Source: a virus
Virus record (IMG/VR): IMGVR_UViG_3300026136_000008
Reading direction: 5' to 3' (one strand)
DNA: 64,000 nt
Of this stretch, positions 38,470-47,927 are shown piece by piece. The position numbers and the translations under genes were made by a program. Below the pieces are notes generated by a model, which saw only the letters and a list, made by a program, of their open reading frames with translations, made no database searches and had not been told where the DNA came from. The number at the start of each line of letters is the position of its first letter. The first letter of the stretch is position 1.

Positions 38470-39276
38470 TTAAATTTCAAATTCTAATGGATGATGTCCA
38501 AACGGAACTCCTTCTTGTTCTTTACATATCACTTTAGATATATCTATATTGCTATTTTCTGTAGTTATAATTTTTTGTAAACTTATCCATTCACCACCCT
38601 TTTCTGGTGGTAGTTTAAATGAATCTACATTACTTGCATGATTTATTAAACCTCTAGGTTTTAACATTACATCTTCAGGTAAATAATTATCTTCGAAGTG
38701 TAGATCAGCAACAAGAACAGTATTGTCATCAGTAACTAAATCTAAAACTTCGCATGCTTGACTAAGGTATATATCTCTTGTAATTATTCTTGATGAAATT
38801 GGTAAATTAATTTTCCAAGCTTTGTGTACATTTACACCTAATGTATCTAATATTTCATCTGGGTCCAATTCAGGGTAAGCGTCCGCAAATTTAATTTGTT
38901 GTTCTCGTTCCCATGATCGGATATACTTCCTCAAAGGAATTTCTGGGTCCAATTCAGTTTCATAAGATATACTTGCATTAATTATTTTTATATCTTGATC
39001 AGGTGTTTTTATATAAGTGATTTGATAATTTTTACCTTGGCCAGCATCCATGCCTTCAACAAAGTCGTCAAACTCATATGTTTCTACGGGTGATTCTGAA
39101 CGTGTTTGGATTGTGCAGACTCCGTGCTTCTCATAGCATTCTTGAAAGTTTATACTCTTAACAATATTCATACTGTTTAGAGCTTTAACAAATATCTCTG
39201 GGCATCTTTGCACAAATATATAATCATAGTGTAAATCAATATCTCCGTCGGAGTATTGATACGTCATCATTTTCAT
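38470..39276 (-). CDS. Hypothetical protein
   Basis: 268 aa ORF; carries a 37-nt patch shared with the 29706 gene. Confidence 0.65.
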   Translation of the reverse strand: MKMMTYQYSDGDIDLHYDYIFVQRCPEIFVKALNSMNIVKSINFQECYEKHGVCTIQTRSESPVETYEFDDFVEGMDAGQGKNYQITYIKTPDQDIKIINASISYETELDPEIPLRKYIRSWEREQQIKFADAYPELDPDEILDTLGVNVHKAWKINLPISSRIITRDIYLSQACEVLDLVTDDNTVLVADLHFEDNYLPEDVMLKPRGLINHASNVDSFKLPPEKGGEWISLQKIITTENSNIDISKVICKEQEGVPFGHHPLEFEI

Positions 39277-39686
39277 TATTTTATTCCAATATTATACTTG
39301 GGGCATAATTCCCAATCGCCTTTTTCTTTATGTGATATTATTTTTATTTGATTTAATGGAGCAGTTTCTCCAATAGGTTTAACAGTTTCTAATAATCCCC
39401 AGTCAGACATGAGTGTAACAATTGTATTACGTCTTTGAATGTCATTTTCTGTTAGGTTTGATGGCTTACCATCTAATAAGAATAACTCTTTAAAGTGAGT
39501 TATAAAATACCTACCTTGCTTATGCAAGATATGGCATGATTGAAATAATTGAGAGTCACGCTTGGATGCTACTCCCATGCGTGTTAGTGTTTCTCTGATC
39601 TTTAAAAAATCATCGGGTTCTGCTAGTTTAACTTCTAGCATCATCTCCGGTGACCAATTGACTAAACTATCCTTGTTGTCCGCCAT
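39276..39686 (-). CDS. regA: Translational repressor RegA
   Basis: 'PDDFLKIRETLTRMG', 'QSCHILHKQGRY.I.HFKELF'. Confidence 0.97.
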   Translation of the reverse strand: MADNKDSLVNWSPEMMLEVKLAEPDDFLKIRETLTRMGVASKRDSQLFQSCHILHKQGRYFITHFKELFLLDGKPSNLTENDIQRRNTIVTLMSDWGLLETVKPIGETAPLNQIKIISHKEKGDWELCPKYNIGIK

Positions 39687-40038
39687 GCTGTATTCTTCCT
39701 CTTATAATATTTAAGTGTTCATTACTTAAAAGCGGAAGTATATCACGAGCCTTTTCATTACTATAGCCATAATATTCTTTTACAATTTGTAGCTTCTCAC
39801 TTTCTACATTTTTGTTCCACTTAGAAAAACGATTTCGTTTCCTTACAATATTTATAAGAAAGTCGAACTGGAGGCGGCTATCCAGGTGGTGGAACTTATT
39901 CATTTCATTAGCGTATATGACAGTATCAGGAAAATAAGAAAGACCGCGGTTTACCATAAAGGCATTATAGTCTTTCTCATTCTCAAGTATATCAATCTTT
40001 GAATTTGATATTGATGTTATGAAAGCAAATGGATTCAA
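39667..40038 (-). CDS. gp62: Clamp loader small subunit gp62
   Basis: 'Y..FMVNRGLS...D....ANEMN', 'EYYGYS.EKA'; probable TTG start at 40038. Confidence 0.9.
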   Translation of the reverse strand: MNPFAFITSISNSKIDILENEKDYNAFMVNRGLSYFPDTVIYANEMNKFHHLDSRLQFDFLINIVRKRNRFSKWNKNVESEKLQIVKEYYGYSNEKARDILPLLSNEHLNIIRGRIQHGGQQG

Positions 40039-40637
40039 CGTGATGCTCCAATATGCTTTTTCTTTTTCCATATCCATACTGCTAATTTAGAGTAAGGCGG
40101 TTTAGTCATTGTTTCAATATGCATCTCTACTACATCAAAATAATTCTTAAACCATTCATGTGCACATTTATCTGCAGTGTCTATTGTCCATGGTACATAA
40201 GTTATGCCATCGTGATGTGCTTCTGGTTTTCTGTCAATGTGAACTCTTACTGCACATATTCCGCCAGGTTTTAGCCATTGCATAAAGTAATCAAAATAAT
40301 ATAGATTCTCTTCCATTGTACCGAAGTTACATGATCCTAATGCAAAGACAACATCAGCAAATTCTCTATTAAATATGTGATGCGCTTGATGGAATGTTGC
40401 TTGGAAGTCTGCTTCAGGATATGGTGCTGCATCAAATCCAATAATGTTATCAAACATATTTTTGAATGGATTAATACCACAACCAGCGTCGATAACTAAT
40501 GGGTTAACATTAAGTTTAGTAATCTCTTCAACAACTCTATCGGCCAATACAAATCCAGAGGTTGGATGTCTGGCAAATTTCTCTTGAGAGTATGGTTTAC
40601 CAGTAAAGAAATCTATTACTTTATTTTCATTCGTCAT
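40035..40637 (-). CDS. Class I SAM-dependent methyltransferase
   Basis: 'VIDAGCG.N.FK', 'LGS.NFG', 'LKPGG'. Confidence 0.75.
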   Translation of the reverse strand: MTNENKVIDFFTGKPYSQEKFARHPTSGFVLADRVVEEITKLNVNPLVIDAGCGINPFKNMFDNIIGFDAAPYPEADFQATFHQAHHIFNREFADVVFALGSCNFGTMEENLYYFDYFMQWLKPGGICAVRVHIDRKPEAHHDGITYVPWTIDTADKCAHEWFKNYFDVVEMHIETMTKPPYSKLAVWIWKKKKHIGASR

Positions 40638-40948
40638 AGGTTAGTCTTTATGTATTTAACATTATCAATGAGAAATGATCTCCATCCATTGTTTTCAACA
40701 TCGAATACATTCATATAAGATTTATTCTCTACAGTACCCGATTCATCTTCTAATATTGGTGCATTATAAGCAGGGATATGTTCAGACTTTAGCGTACATA
40801 ACATCTTACGCTCGTCGCCATTCTTTTTAGTAAAGCAAACTTCGATTATTTCATCTAATAAAAAATCTCTTATGTTCTCATAAAGAGTTGGTGATGCAAA
40901 GAAATTATTAGTTTCTCTGTACGGTGTTATGTTTGAATATTTAGTCAT
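40634..40948 (-). CDS. WYL-like / SH3-fold protein
   Basis: 'FTKKNGDER.M.CTL' ... 'VFDVE..GWRSF'. Confidence 0.7.
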   Translation of the reverse strand: MTKYSNITPYRETNNFFASPTLYENIRDFLLDEIIEVCFTKKNGDERKMLCTLKSEHIPAYNAPILEDESGTVENKSYMNVFDVENNGWRSFLIDNVKYIKTNL

Positions 40949-41086
40949 CTTTTATTTGCTCCGATATAACTGCGTTCATAGCTTTAAGTATTGTTGCTGC
41001 TTTTTCCAATTGCCAAACAACATTTACCATTGCTAACATTAAAATAATTGTCGCGTAGTCCGCCAACATTGCTATCATATAAGCTC

Positions 41087-42019
41087 CTATTTAAATTGAA
41101 TTTGTGACATGATCTCAGTCATACATGCCACTACGTTTAATTCATGATCTGCTACAAAGCTATCTTTGTATGAATAATCTGCAAGTATGAGAACCAATTG
41201 AGGAATACTCTGTGGTTGGACATAGCTTGACATATTATCATAAACCATTCTAAATAACTTTGCTGATTCTACGTCAATGTTATCTGTAACCCACTTACGC
41301 ATCTTCTTAAAGTTTTTTGTCTTGAGGTCTTGCATTAATCCAGCAATACTTGACTCAGATAGAGTAACAAGAATGCCGGTATCAATATGACCACTCATAC
41401 CATATCTTTGACACTCATTAATGATGCGTCGCCAATCAGGTATGTATTTCATAATGAGTTCTGCAATCACTGCATTATCATGTATAATATGTTCGGAATC
41501 AAGGATAAACTTTAGCCTAGCCATAAACTGCTCTGCCATTTCAGCCTTGTTACCTATATTGAATTCATATATAGAACATCTCGAATGGAGAGGATCAATA
41601 ATACGATTCTTAAAATTGCAAGTAAGAATAAATCTACAGTTATTACTAAACTCTTCAATGAAACCACGAAGAGCAGGTTGTGTAGATTGCGGATTAAGAT
41701 AATCAGCCTCGTCGAGGATAACTACTTTGAATCCACCTTGTAATGATACAGTACTTGCAAACTGTTTGATCTTACCACGTAACGTATCAATGTTTCCATC
41801 TTCGGAACCATTAATCATCATATAGTCAAGATCTAATTCATTACATAAGGCTTTGGCTACTGTAGTCTTACCTACACCAGCCGAACCGGTAAACATCATG
41901 TTAGGAAGTTCTCCCTTAGCAACTATTTTTTTAAATGTATCTTTTAATGCTTGAGGGAGAATACAATCCTCTATGGTTTTCGGTCTATACTTTTCTACGA
42001 ATAAAAATTCTTCTTTCAC
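41087..42019 (-). CDS. gp44: Clamp loader ATPase gp44
   Basis: 'VEKYRP', 'GSAGVGKTT', 'DEAD', 'SRC'. Confidence 0.97.
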   Translation of the reverse strand: MKEEFLFVEKYRPKTIEDCILPQALKDTFKKIVAKGELPNMMFTGSAGVGKTTVAKALCNELDLDYMMINGSEDGNIDTLRGKIKQFASTVSLQGGFKVVILDEADYLNPQSTQPALRGFIEEFSNNCRFILTCNFKNRIIDPLHSRCSIYEFNIGNKAEMAEQFMARLKFILDSEHIIHDNAVIAELIMKYIPDWRRIINECQRYGMSGHIDTGILVTLSESSIAGLMQDLKTKNFKKMRKWVTDNIDVESAKLFRMVYDNMSSYVQPQSIPQLVLILADYSYKDSFVADHELNVVACMTEIMSQIQFK

Positions 42020-42082
42020 GAATACCTCATAATATAATTTTGTATGGTATTATTATACCACACAAATGTCAAAAGTACATAC

Positions 42083-42322
42083 TTACTCAGCTGGAGTTTC
42101 GTCAGTAACTTCAGCTTGTGCCACTGCTGGAGTAGATGCTGTAATGAATTCTTGAATTCTATTACGTACTGCACCAACATCAGCTAACTCATCTCCATTG
42201 ATTGCACCACGCTTAGTGACTACATCAATGATACGAATTACAGCATTAAGATCACCTAGATTAATAGTGTGAATTGGTTGCTCCGCAGGAGCTTCAACTG
42301 TTTCAGTTTTTTTATCTGCCAT
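42083..42322 (-). CDS. Hypothetical protein
   Basis: 79 aa ORF; 'IIDVVTKRGA..G.EL..VG..R'. Confidence 0.7.
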   Translation of the reverse strand: MADKKTETVEAPAEQPIHTINLGDLNAVIRIIDVVTKRGAINGDELADVGAVRNRIQEFITASTPAVAQAEVTDETPAE

Positions 42323-42324
42323 TA

Positions 42325-43011
42325 TTATTCCTTAAATGTTGTAGTTTTATCAAGAGCAACCCAGTATTGTGTGTTGCCGGCCATTACAGAAGCTATTAAC
42401 TTCTTATCAATACCAAAATCATAAGAGTCAGCATTGATGAATTTAAAATTATTCATGTCTATGACTAAATCAAAGTCTGCAGAAGTATTTATACTGCAAT
42501 TAGATATGTTCATAGAGAATTGATTTGAAGTTGGATTCTGCTTGTCAACAATAATACACTCAATAAATGATGCACTATCATTTTTACGAATGCTTAGTTG
42601 ATTTGTTTTAAGAGTAGCAGAAGCTTTACGCAGCTGGTTTAACTGGTCTAACGTAAGAGTAAATTGAATATCGCTACATGGTAACGCAATATCTTTTGTA
42701 GGGACAGTTAGAATGTCGATATCAGAGAAGTAGTATTTAAATTGTGTAACACCATCTGTGATTGTCACATACTTTTTATCATCATCAAACGATAGAGTAG
42801 GATCATCAAACATATTAAGACAAGCTAGGAATTCACCTAAGTCATAAATGCCAAATGGATATGGTGATTCAAATGCTACATTGGCTTTTGCCATAAGTGT
42901 TTTAGAAGTAGACATTGATCGAATGAATCCGCCTTCTTCACCAAGAGCAATATTACTATTGATCCCTTGAAAGTTACTCAATACATCTTTTATTTCATTA
43001 CTAAGTTTCAT
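42325..43011 (-). CDS. gp45: Sliding clamp gp45
   Basis: 'L.NF..INSNI', 'FGIYDL.EFL', 'YWVAL'. Confidence 0.93.
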   Translation of the reverse strand: MKLSNEIKDVLSNFQGINSNIALGEEGGFIRSMSTSKTLMAKANVAFESPYPFGIYDLGEFLACLNMFDDPTLSFDDDKKYVTITDGVTQFKYYFSDIDILTVPTKDIALPCSDIQFTLTLDQLNQLRKASATLKTNQLSIRKNDSASFIECIIVDKQNPTSNQFSMNISNCSINTSADFDLVIDMNNFKFINADSYDFGIDKKLIASVMAGNTQYWVALDKTTTFKE

Positions 43012-43276
43012 TATTCGACTCCTTTAAGTCATGTTCATTAATTGCTAATAGAGTATAGTGCATGATCTTCATAAGATCTTCACGATTTGCTCCGTTCTTT
43101 TTGCCATATCTTGACGCATACTTTAATACATTGCCAAGACAAAAATCTAATCCTAAGCCAGAAGCAGAGATTAGATCCATACTTTGTACACCATTCGGAG
43201 CAGCATAATGTTTAGAGTAAGTACTCTCAACGTACGCTGTCAATTCCTGGATGTTTTCTAATTCATTAAATTTCAT
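43001..43276 (-). CDS. DUF3310-like protein
   Basis: 'TY..HY', 'FC.GN..KY..RYGKK.G','DL.K..HY'. Confidence 0.75.
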   Translation of the reverse strand: MKFNELENIQELTAYVESTYSKHYAAPNGVQSMDLISASGLGLDFCLGNVLKYASRYGKKNGANREDLMKIMHYTLLAINEHDLKESNNET

Positions 43277-43319
43277 ATAGGTCCTTTTTTATTATGGTAT
43301 TATTATATCACACAAAGGC

Positions 43320-44012
43320 TTAATGTACATACTTAGGTGTAATATTTTTATAAACTAATTTGTGATTTGGTTCATTAGCTGGATACCCACAACAAATATA
43401 TGGACCTATCCAAAATTGATTAGGAAATCTATGAGCGTATGAAGTCTTTCCATACCACTCAAATATAACTTTTCCGTTTAATGCTACTATAACATATCCG
43501 TCATCATTTGGTGATTGTAAAGTTTTAATAACGTAATCATTCCAAACTCCTGCCGGCATATCATAATCAACAGATATTACATTATTATTTCCATGATCAT
43601 TTGAAGTTTTAATATTAACCCAATGAGTGTTTACTGCAATTGTTGGAACAGTATTTGTATGACCACCAAATGGTTTAAGTTCCCAAATCTTCATAGGACT
43701 TCCATGTGACTTCTCTTTTTTGACAGAGAATCTATACATCATTGGCTTACCCATTTTATCGCCATATTTAGATTGGAGTTGACTACGAAGTTTTTTATAA
43801 TAACAATCTCTATGAATGTCTTCAAGACATCTGTCAGTAAGGAAATTAAATGTGACTTGATCTCCGTCTGTTATAATATGTTCAATACCACTGGTGGACT
43901 TGGCAAACCAAGATCCATTCCACCAGTAATTTTCTTGATAGTCAGCTTCTGCCGGCCAGTTAGCAAAAACACCAGCAGCAATAGTTCCTATTAAAAATAA
44001 TTTCATCTTCAT
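43320..44012 (-). CDS. Exported polysaccharide-lyase-like (beta-jelly-roll) protein
   Basis: Signal peptide; 'RSQL', 'GVWND', 'DGYV...NGK....Y.GKT', 'GPY'. Confidence 0.5.
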   Translation of the reverse strand: MKMKLFLIGTIAAGVFANWPAEADYQENYWWNGSWFAKSTSGIEHIITDGDQVTFNFLTDRCLEDIHRDCYYKKLRSQLQSKYGDKMGKPMMYRFSVKKEKSHGSPMKIWELKPFGGHTNTVPTIAVNTHWVNIKTSNDHGNNNVISVDYDMPAGVWNDYVIKTLQSPNDDGYVIVALNGKVIFEWYGKTSYAHRFPNQFWIGPYICCGYPANEPNHKLVYKNITPKYVH

Positions 44013-46165
44013 GCAGCAACCGCATCAGTAATACGTGAAACTAATTGCTTGTTGCCTTTCTTAGTCTTCGCAAACTTCTTGAACTCACGTTTAAGATCAT
44101 TGATTGTGTCAGCTTTTTTAGGCTCAAACACATCAGAGTCAAACCTTGCTGAACGATTGATCTTAATAATGAAATAGTCATCGTAACCTTTAACATTTTT
44201 CCAAGCACCGAAACCAAGTTTTCTCCAAGATTTGATTACATCAGGAAAGTTTTTGTCTTCATCAACATTAACATAACCTTGTCCGAAAGTAGATGCATCA
44301 TACGCAAGGTGGAAACCCATAATAGTTGCACCAGTTATCTCTTTAAGTCTGTGAAGAACAGCCTCATAGATCTTACGACCACCCTGACCACGTATCAGTT
44401 TACCTTCAAAGTTAATCATTGTCTCACGTGAAGTCATAACAGTAGCAGATGAATCACGTTCAACATTTATTCCATCAGGATATCCGTCAGTTAGGAACAT
44501 AATGTTTGTGTTTTGTATTGCATGTTTACGTGTAAATGCCTTAGTCAATTTAGCTGCAAGCATTGCAGTTTGGATAAGAGGAGTTGAACCCATAGCATCA
44601 AGAGCATGAAGATAGTGACCAGATATATGGTAGCTAGTATGCTTGTTATTGTAGCTATGTGCCTTGGCAATAGCAAATGAAACATAAGCAGCTTCGTCAA
44701 AAGTTTTCTTATTCATCTTTGAAGAGAACATCTCAACAACTTTAGTACCGTCAGAATGCAACTCGCCAGCTTTATGTTCCATCTCACGAATACCCTTACC
44801 ACGTTCTCTCCAGTATGAAGTAGAAGTAAAGTTATATGCCTCGAAAGGAATATTAACTTGACGACAGAACATAGCAATAGTAATTGCTTGAGCAGTAACA
44901 TCTTCGATGATCTCACACATTGAACCAGAAAGATCAAGGAACATTACGATACCGTGTGACTTTGCTTGAGCTAACTGAGTAGTAGTCAAGAAAATATCTT
45001 CTGAAGTTTTGTAAGCATGAAGCTTTAAAGGATCAAGTTTACCAGACTTAGCAGTTGTTGCACGAGAATATTCAAATGCAGCTTTCTTACGTTCGAAGTC
45101 TTTCGCCATAAGATTTGCTTGTTGCTTGTAAACTAGTTTAGTCTCATTGTAATCTTCTCTACAAGCTACGTGAGTATAAGCGTTCTCATCACCATAACGA
45201 AGTTTTTCACCCATCAAATCTTCTACATACTCATCACGTAATGATTTAGCATAATCGTAAGAGTAAAGAATCTTTTCGATATTCTCATCGCTCATGCCGC
45301 TTGAGTATTCAGGCTGACCACTTCTTTCGTATTGACGCTCAGGAGATTTTTCAAGTAAATCTTCTTCGCGTTCTCTTTGAGTATCTTCAGTCCAAGTCTC
45401 ATGACCTTCAGGAGCTTTATCATCTGCAACTTCGGCACTAGTAGGCTCTTCGTTAGATTCATCTTCACCATCAGAATCACCATTACCTTCACCAGAGTCA
45501 TTGCTTTCCTCATCACCAGAGATAGGAGTTTCACCTTCGTCCTTAGGAGATTCACCCTCGTCAGCACTTGGCATACCCATTTCAATTTCATCTTTTTCTT
45601 CTTCTTGATCTTTTTGATCTTCGATAAAATCATAAAGCTTTTTGCAAACAGCAACAACGTCATCCCATGTTTCAACTTCCATAGCTTCTTTAACTAATGG
45701 AGATTCTTCATTAGAGAATTCAACTGGAACATAACCGCGGCCTTTTGAAGAAACATTAAGTCTGTCCATAAGTCCAGCCTTGTTGATATCTCTCTCGTTA
45801 GTGCCAAAAAGATCACTATCGAAAAGAACTTTATAACCATTCTTGAAACGACGAACGATACCAGGATATGTTTGCATGATCTTACGTTCAATGCGGATGT
45901 CTTCAACGATATTAAGATATGCACGTGGAATCTTACCAATCTTCTTTTCAGAATCGTGCCATCCATCAGCTGGAGTATAAAGAGCATGGCCAACTTCGTG
46001 ACCAACTAAAAGATCATAAACGTCTTTACCTTTGTCTTTCCAAAGAGGAAGACGAAGTACTCTATTCTCAACATCGAAACTAGCTGTAGAATAGTTGCCA
46101 TGTTGAACCGATAAGTTCTCTTTGGCAAGTAGTTTGGCTAGGTATTCTTGAGCTGATAAATTCAT
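44009..46165 (-). CDS. CobT-like protein: N-terminal HEXXH domain, acidic linker, vWA domain
   Basis: 'HEVGHAL', 'EDIRIE', MIDAS 'DLSGSM', 'LTDG'. Confidence 0.85.
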   Translation of the reverse strand: MNLSAQEYLAKLLAKENLSVQHGNYSTASFDVENRVLRLPLWKDKGKDVYDLLVGHEVGHALYTPADGWHDSEKKIGKIPRAYLNIVEDIRIERKIMQTYPGIVRRFKNGYKVLFDSDLFGTNERDINKAGLMDRLNVSSKGRGYVPVEFSNEESPLVKEAMEVETWDDVVAVCKKLYDFIEDQKDQEEEKDEIEMGMPSADEGESPKDEGETPISGDEESNDSGEGNGDSDGEDESNEEPTSAEVADDKAPEGHETWTEDTQREREEDLLEKSPERQYERSGQPEYSSGMSDENIEKILYSYDYAKSLRDEYVEDLMGEKLRYGDENAYTHVACREDYNETKLVYKQQANLMAKDFERKKAAFEYSRATTAKSGKLDPLKLHAYKTSEDIFLTTTQLAQAKSHGIVMFLDLSGSMCEIIEDVTAQAITIAMFCRQVNIPFEAYNFTSTSYWRERGKGIREMEHKAGELHSDGTKVVEMFSSKMNKKTFDEAAYVSFAIAKAHSYNNKHTSYHISGHYLHALDAMGSTPLIQTAMLAAKLTKAFTRKHAIQNTNIMFLTDGYPDGINVERDSSATVMTSRETMINFEGKLIRGQGGRKIYEAVLHRLKEITGATIMGFHLAYDASTFGQGYVNVDEDKNFPDVIKSWRKLGFGAWKNVKGYDDYFIIKINRSARFDSDVFEPKKADTINDLKREFKKFAKTKKGNKQLVSRITDAVAA

Positions 46166-46230
46166 AATATTTCCTTTTTTAATTCGTTATGTGTACATTA
46201 TATCACGTTTTGGACCAGTTGTACAACTAT

Positions 46231-46264
46231 TTACTGGTCCAGATGCGGCGAGTTGGTGTGCCAG
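46231..46264. repeat. 34-bp intergenic element, copy 2
   Basis: One mismatch to copy 1. Confidence 0.95.
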
Positions 46265-46265
46265 A

Positions 46266-47417
46266 TTATTCATCCTCCCACTCATCAGCGTGATTACTAA
46301 AGAATGAATCTTCGGCTTCATCAGCTGTTAGCTGAGGCTCATTGATAGTAGCATCAACTTTCTCGTAAAGATCTATAAAAGCTTCTTTAGTGTCATCGTC
46401 AAAACGGTTTACACAAAGAGCAATCGCTTTGTCTCTCTTACCGAAGATAGAGAAAGTCTGAACGATGTGGCACAAACGACGAGTTGAAATAACTTCGTCA
46501 ATACCTTCATCATAGAAAGTCTTACGAATAGCATCTGCCCAACCAACAAGTAGCTTAGCAAATTCTTCGTCAACTTTTTCAAACTTTGACATATGCTTCA
46601 TGACAATTTTTTCTTCAGTTGCCATAGTAGGGAAAGTCTGCTCAAGAGTAATAGTGAAACGCTCTAGGAAAGCATCATCAATGATAGTTGCTCCTGAGTA
46701 ACGTCCATCCTCTGAACCTTTACCTTTTGTGTTTGCAGTCGCAATCACGTTGAAACCATCGGCAGGCTCAACAACTTCACCAGTCTTTTTGATCAGAACT
46801 GGTTTGCCTTCAAGCACACCTTGTAAACACATAATTTTGTTTGTTCCACGATCGATCTCGTCAATCATAAGGACAGCACCAGCTTCCATAGCTTTGATGA
46901 CTGGACCTTTTTGGAAAACAGTCTCACCTTTGATCAGACGAAAACCACCGATTAGATCATCTTCGTCTGTTTCAGGAGAAATCTGAACACGTACATATTC
47001 ACGATTAAGTTTAGCACATGCTTGTTCGATCTGGAATGTCTTACCATTACCAGATAAACCAGATACAAAAGTCGGATAAAACATACCTGACTTAAGTACT
47101 TTTACAATTTCAGAGAAGTTACCCCATGGAACAAAAGTAGGATCAAAATCAGGAACAAAGACTTCGTCATTTGAAACTGATTCAACGCCTTTGACCATTT
47201 CAGGAGCAGCTTTGGCTGGTCGAGCAGATTTTGGCATCATAGATTCTAAGTTATATACACCGCGACGTACCGTAGGTGCATTGTTTGTATATCTGATATT
47301 TACATAAGCTGATCTAGGATTCTCACCCACAGCAATAGCAGCTTCTTTAATCATCTTAGCTGTAAATTCAGTCTTTTTTGGAAATTTTGTCATTAATTGT
47401 TCAATCACTTTATTCAT
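46266..47417 (-). CDS. cobS: CobS-like MoxR/AAA+ ATPase
   Basis: 'GLSGNGKT', 'DEID', 'TANTKGKG', 'AFLERF', 'ISTRRL'. Confidence 0.9.
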   Translation of the reverse strand: MNKVIEQLMTKFPKKTEFTAKMIKEAAIAVGENPRSAYVNIRYTNNAPTVRRGVYNLESMMPKSARPAKAAPEMVKGVESVSNDEVFVPDFDPTFVPWGNFSEIVKVLKSGMFYPTFVSGLSGNGKTFQIEQACAKLNREYVRVQISPETDEDDLIGGFRLIKGETVFQKGPVIKAMEAGAVLMIDEIDRGTNKIMCLQGVLEGKPVLIKKTGEVVEPADGFNVIATANTKGKGSEDGRYSGATIIDDAFLERFTITLEQTFPTMATEEKIVMKHMSKFEKVDEEFAKLLVGWADAIRKTFYDEGIDEVISTRRLCHIVQTFSIFGKRDKAIALCVNRFDDDTKEAFIDLYEKVDATINEPQLTADEAEDSFFSNHADEWEDE

Positions 47418-47483
47418 AATTTAGTCCTTTTTTAATTGATTATGTGTACATTATACACTGTTTCACCAGTCTTGTGTGGAAAG

Positions 47484-47517
47484 TTACTGGTCCAGATGCG
47501 GCGAATTGGTGTACCAG
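47484..47517. repeat. 34-bp intergenic element, copy 3
   Basis: One mismatch to copy 1. Confidence 0.95.
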
Positions 47518-47654
47518 AGAATGTATTGATACCATTGACATTACGGGGTGCGGTACCCCGCTGTTGTAATAGTGTATTTCTCAATCTCATAGGTATATTA
47601 TAACATGAATTGAGCCGCTTGTGTAAGTTTATAGTCACAGAAATAGTGTGTTTA

Positions 47655-47831
47655 TTATATTTGAGTTTTAAATTTTTTAAGATTTGACTCGGAAATTTTA
47701 ATAGTTATTGATGGTAATGGTAAATTTGGTTGTTCGTTTAATGATATTAAAGTCGCGGCGAAAAAATTTAAAGTTTTAAATAGTTCAAAAATTGAAATAT
47801 TTGGATCGATATCGGTAGTGTATGTAATCAT
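47655..47831 (-). CDS. Small early protein (58 aa, not in ORF track)
   Basis: MITYTTDIDPNISIFELF...; AAGGA SD; promoter at about 47862-47892. Confidence 0.55.
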   Translation of the reverse strand: MITYTTDIDPNISIFELFKTLNFFAATLISLNEQPNLPLPSITIKISESNLKKFKTQI

Positions 47832-47927
47832 GTATAATGTCCTTTTTTATTTAACAAGGTATATTATAACACGAAACACCAGCTACGTGTAACTATTTTT
47901 CAAACAAATTCATATTATGAAAGTTTT

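Noticed and set aside
44009-47417. Cobalamin biosynthesis (cobST)
   Set aside because: No cobN or other cob genes; better explained as a generic AAA+/vWA pair
46231-47517. Insertion sequence or integron cassette bounded by the direct repeats around cobS
   Set aside because: No transposase or integrase, no target-site duplication and no attC RYYYAAC/GTTRRRY ends
47432-47638. 68-aa ORF spanning repeat copy 3
   Set aside because: Runs through two promoters and the non-coding repeat, with no SD
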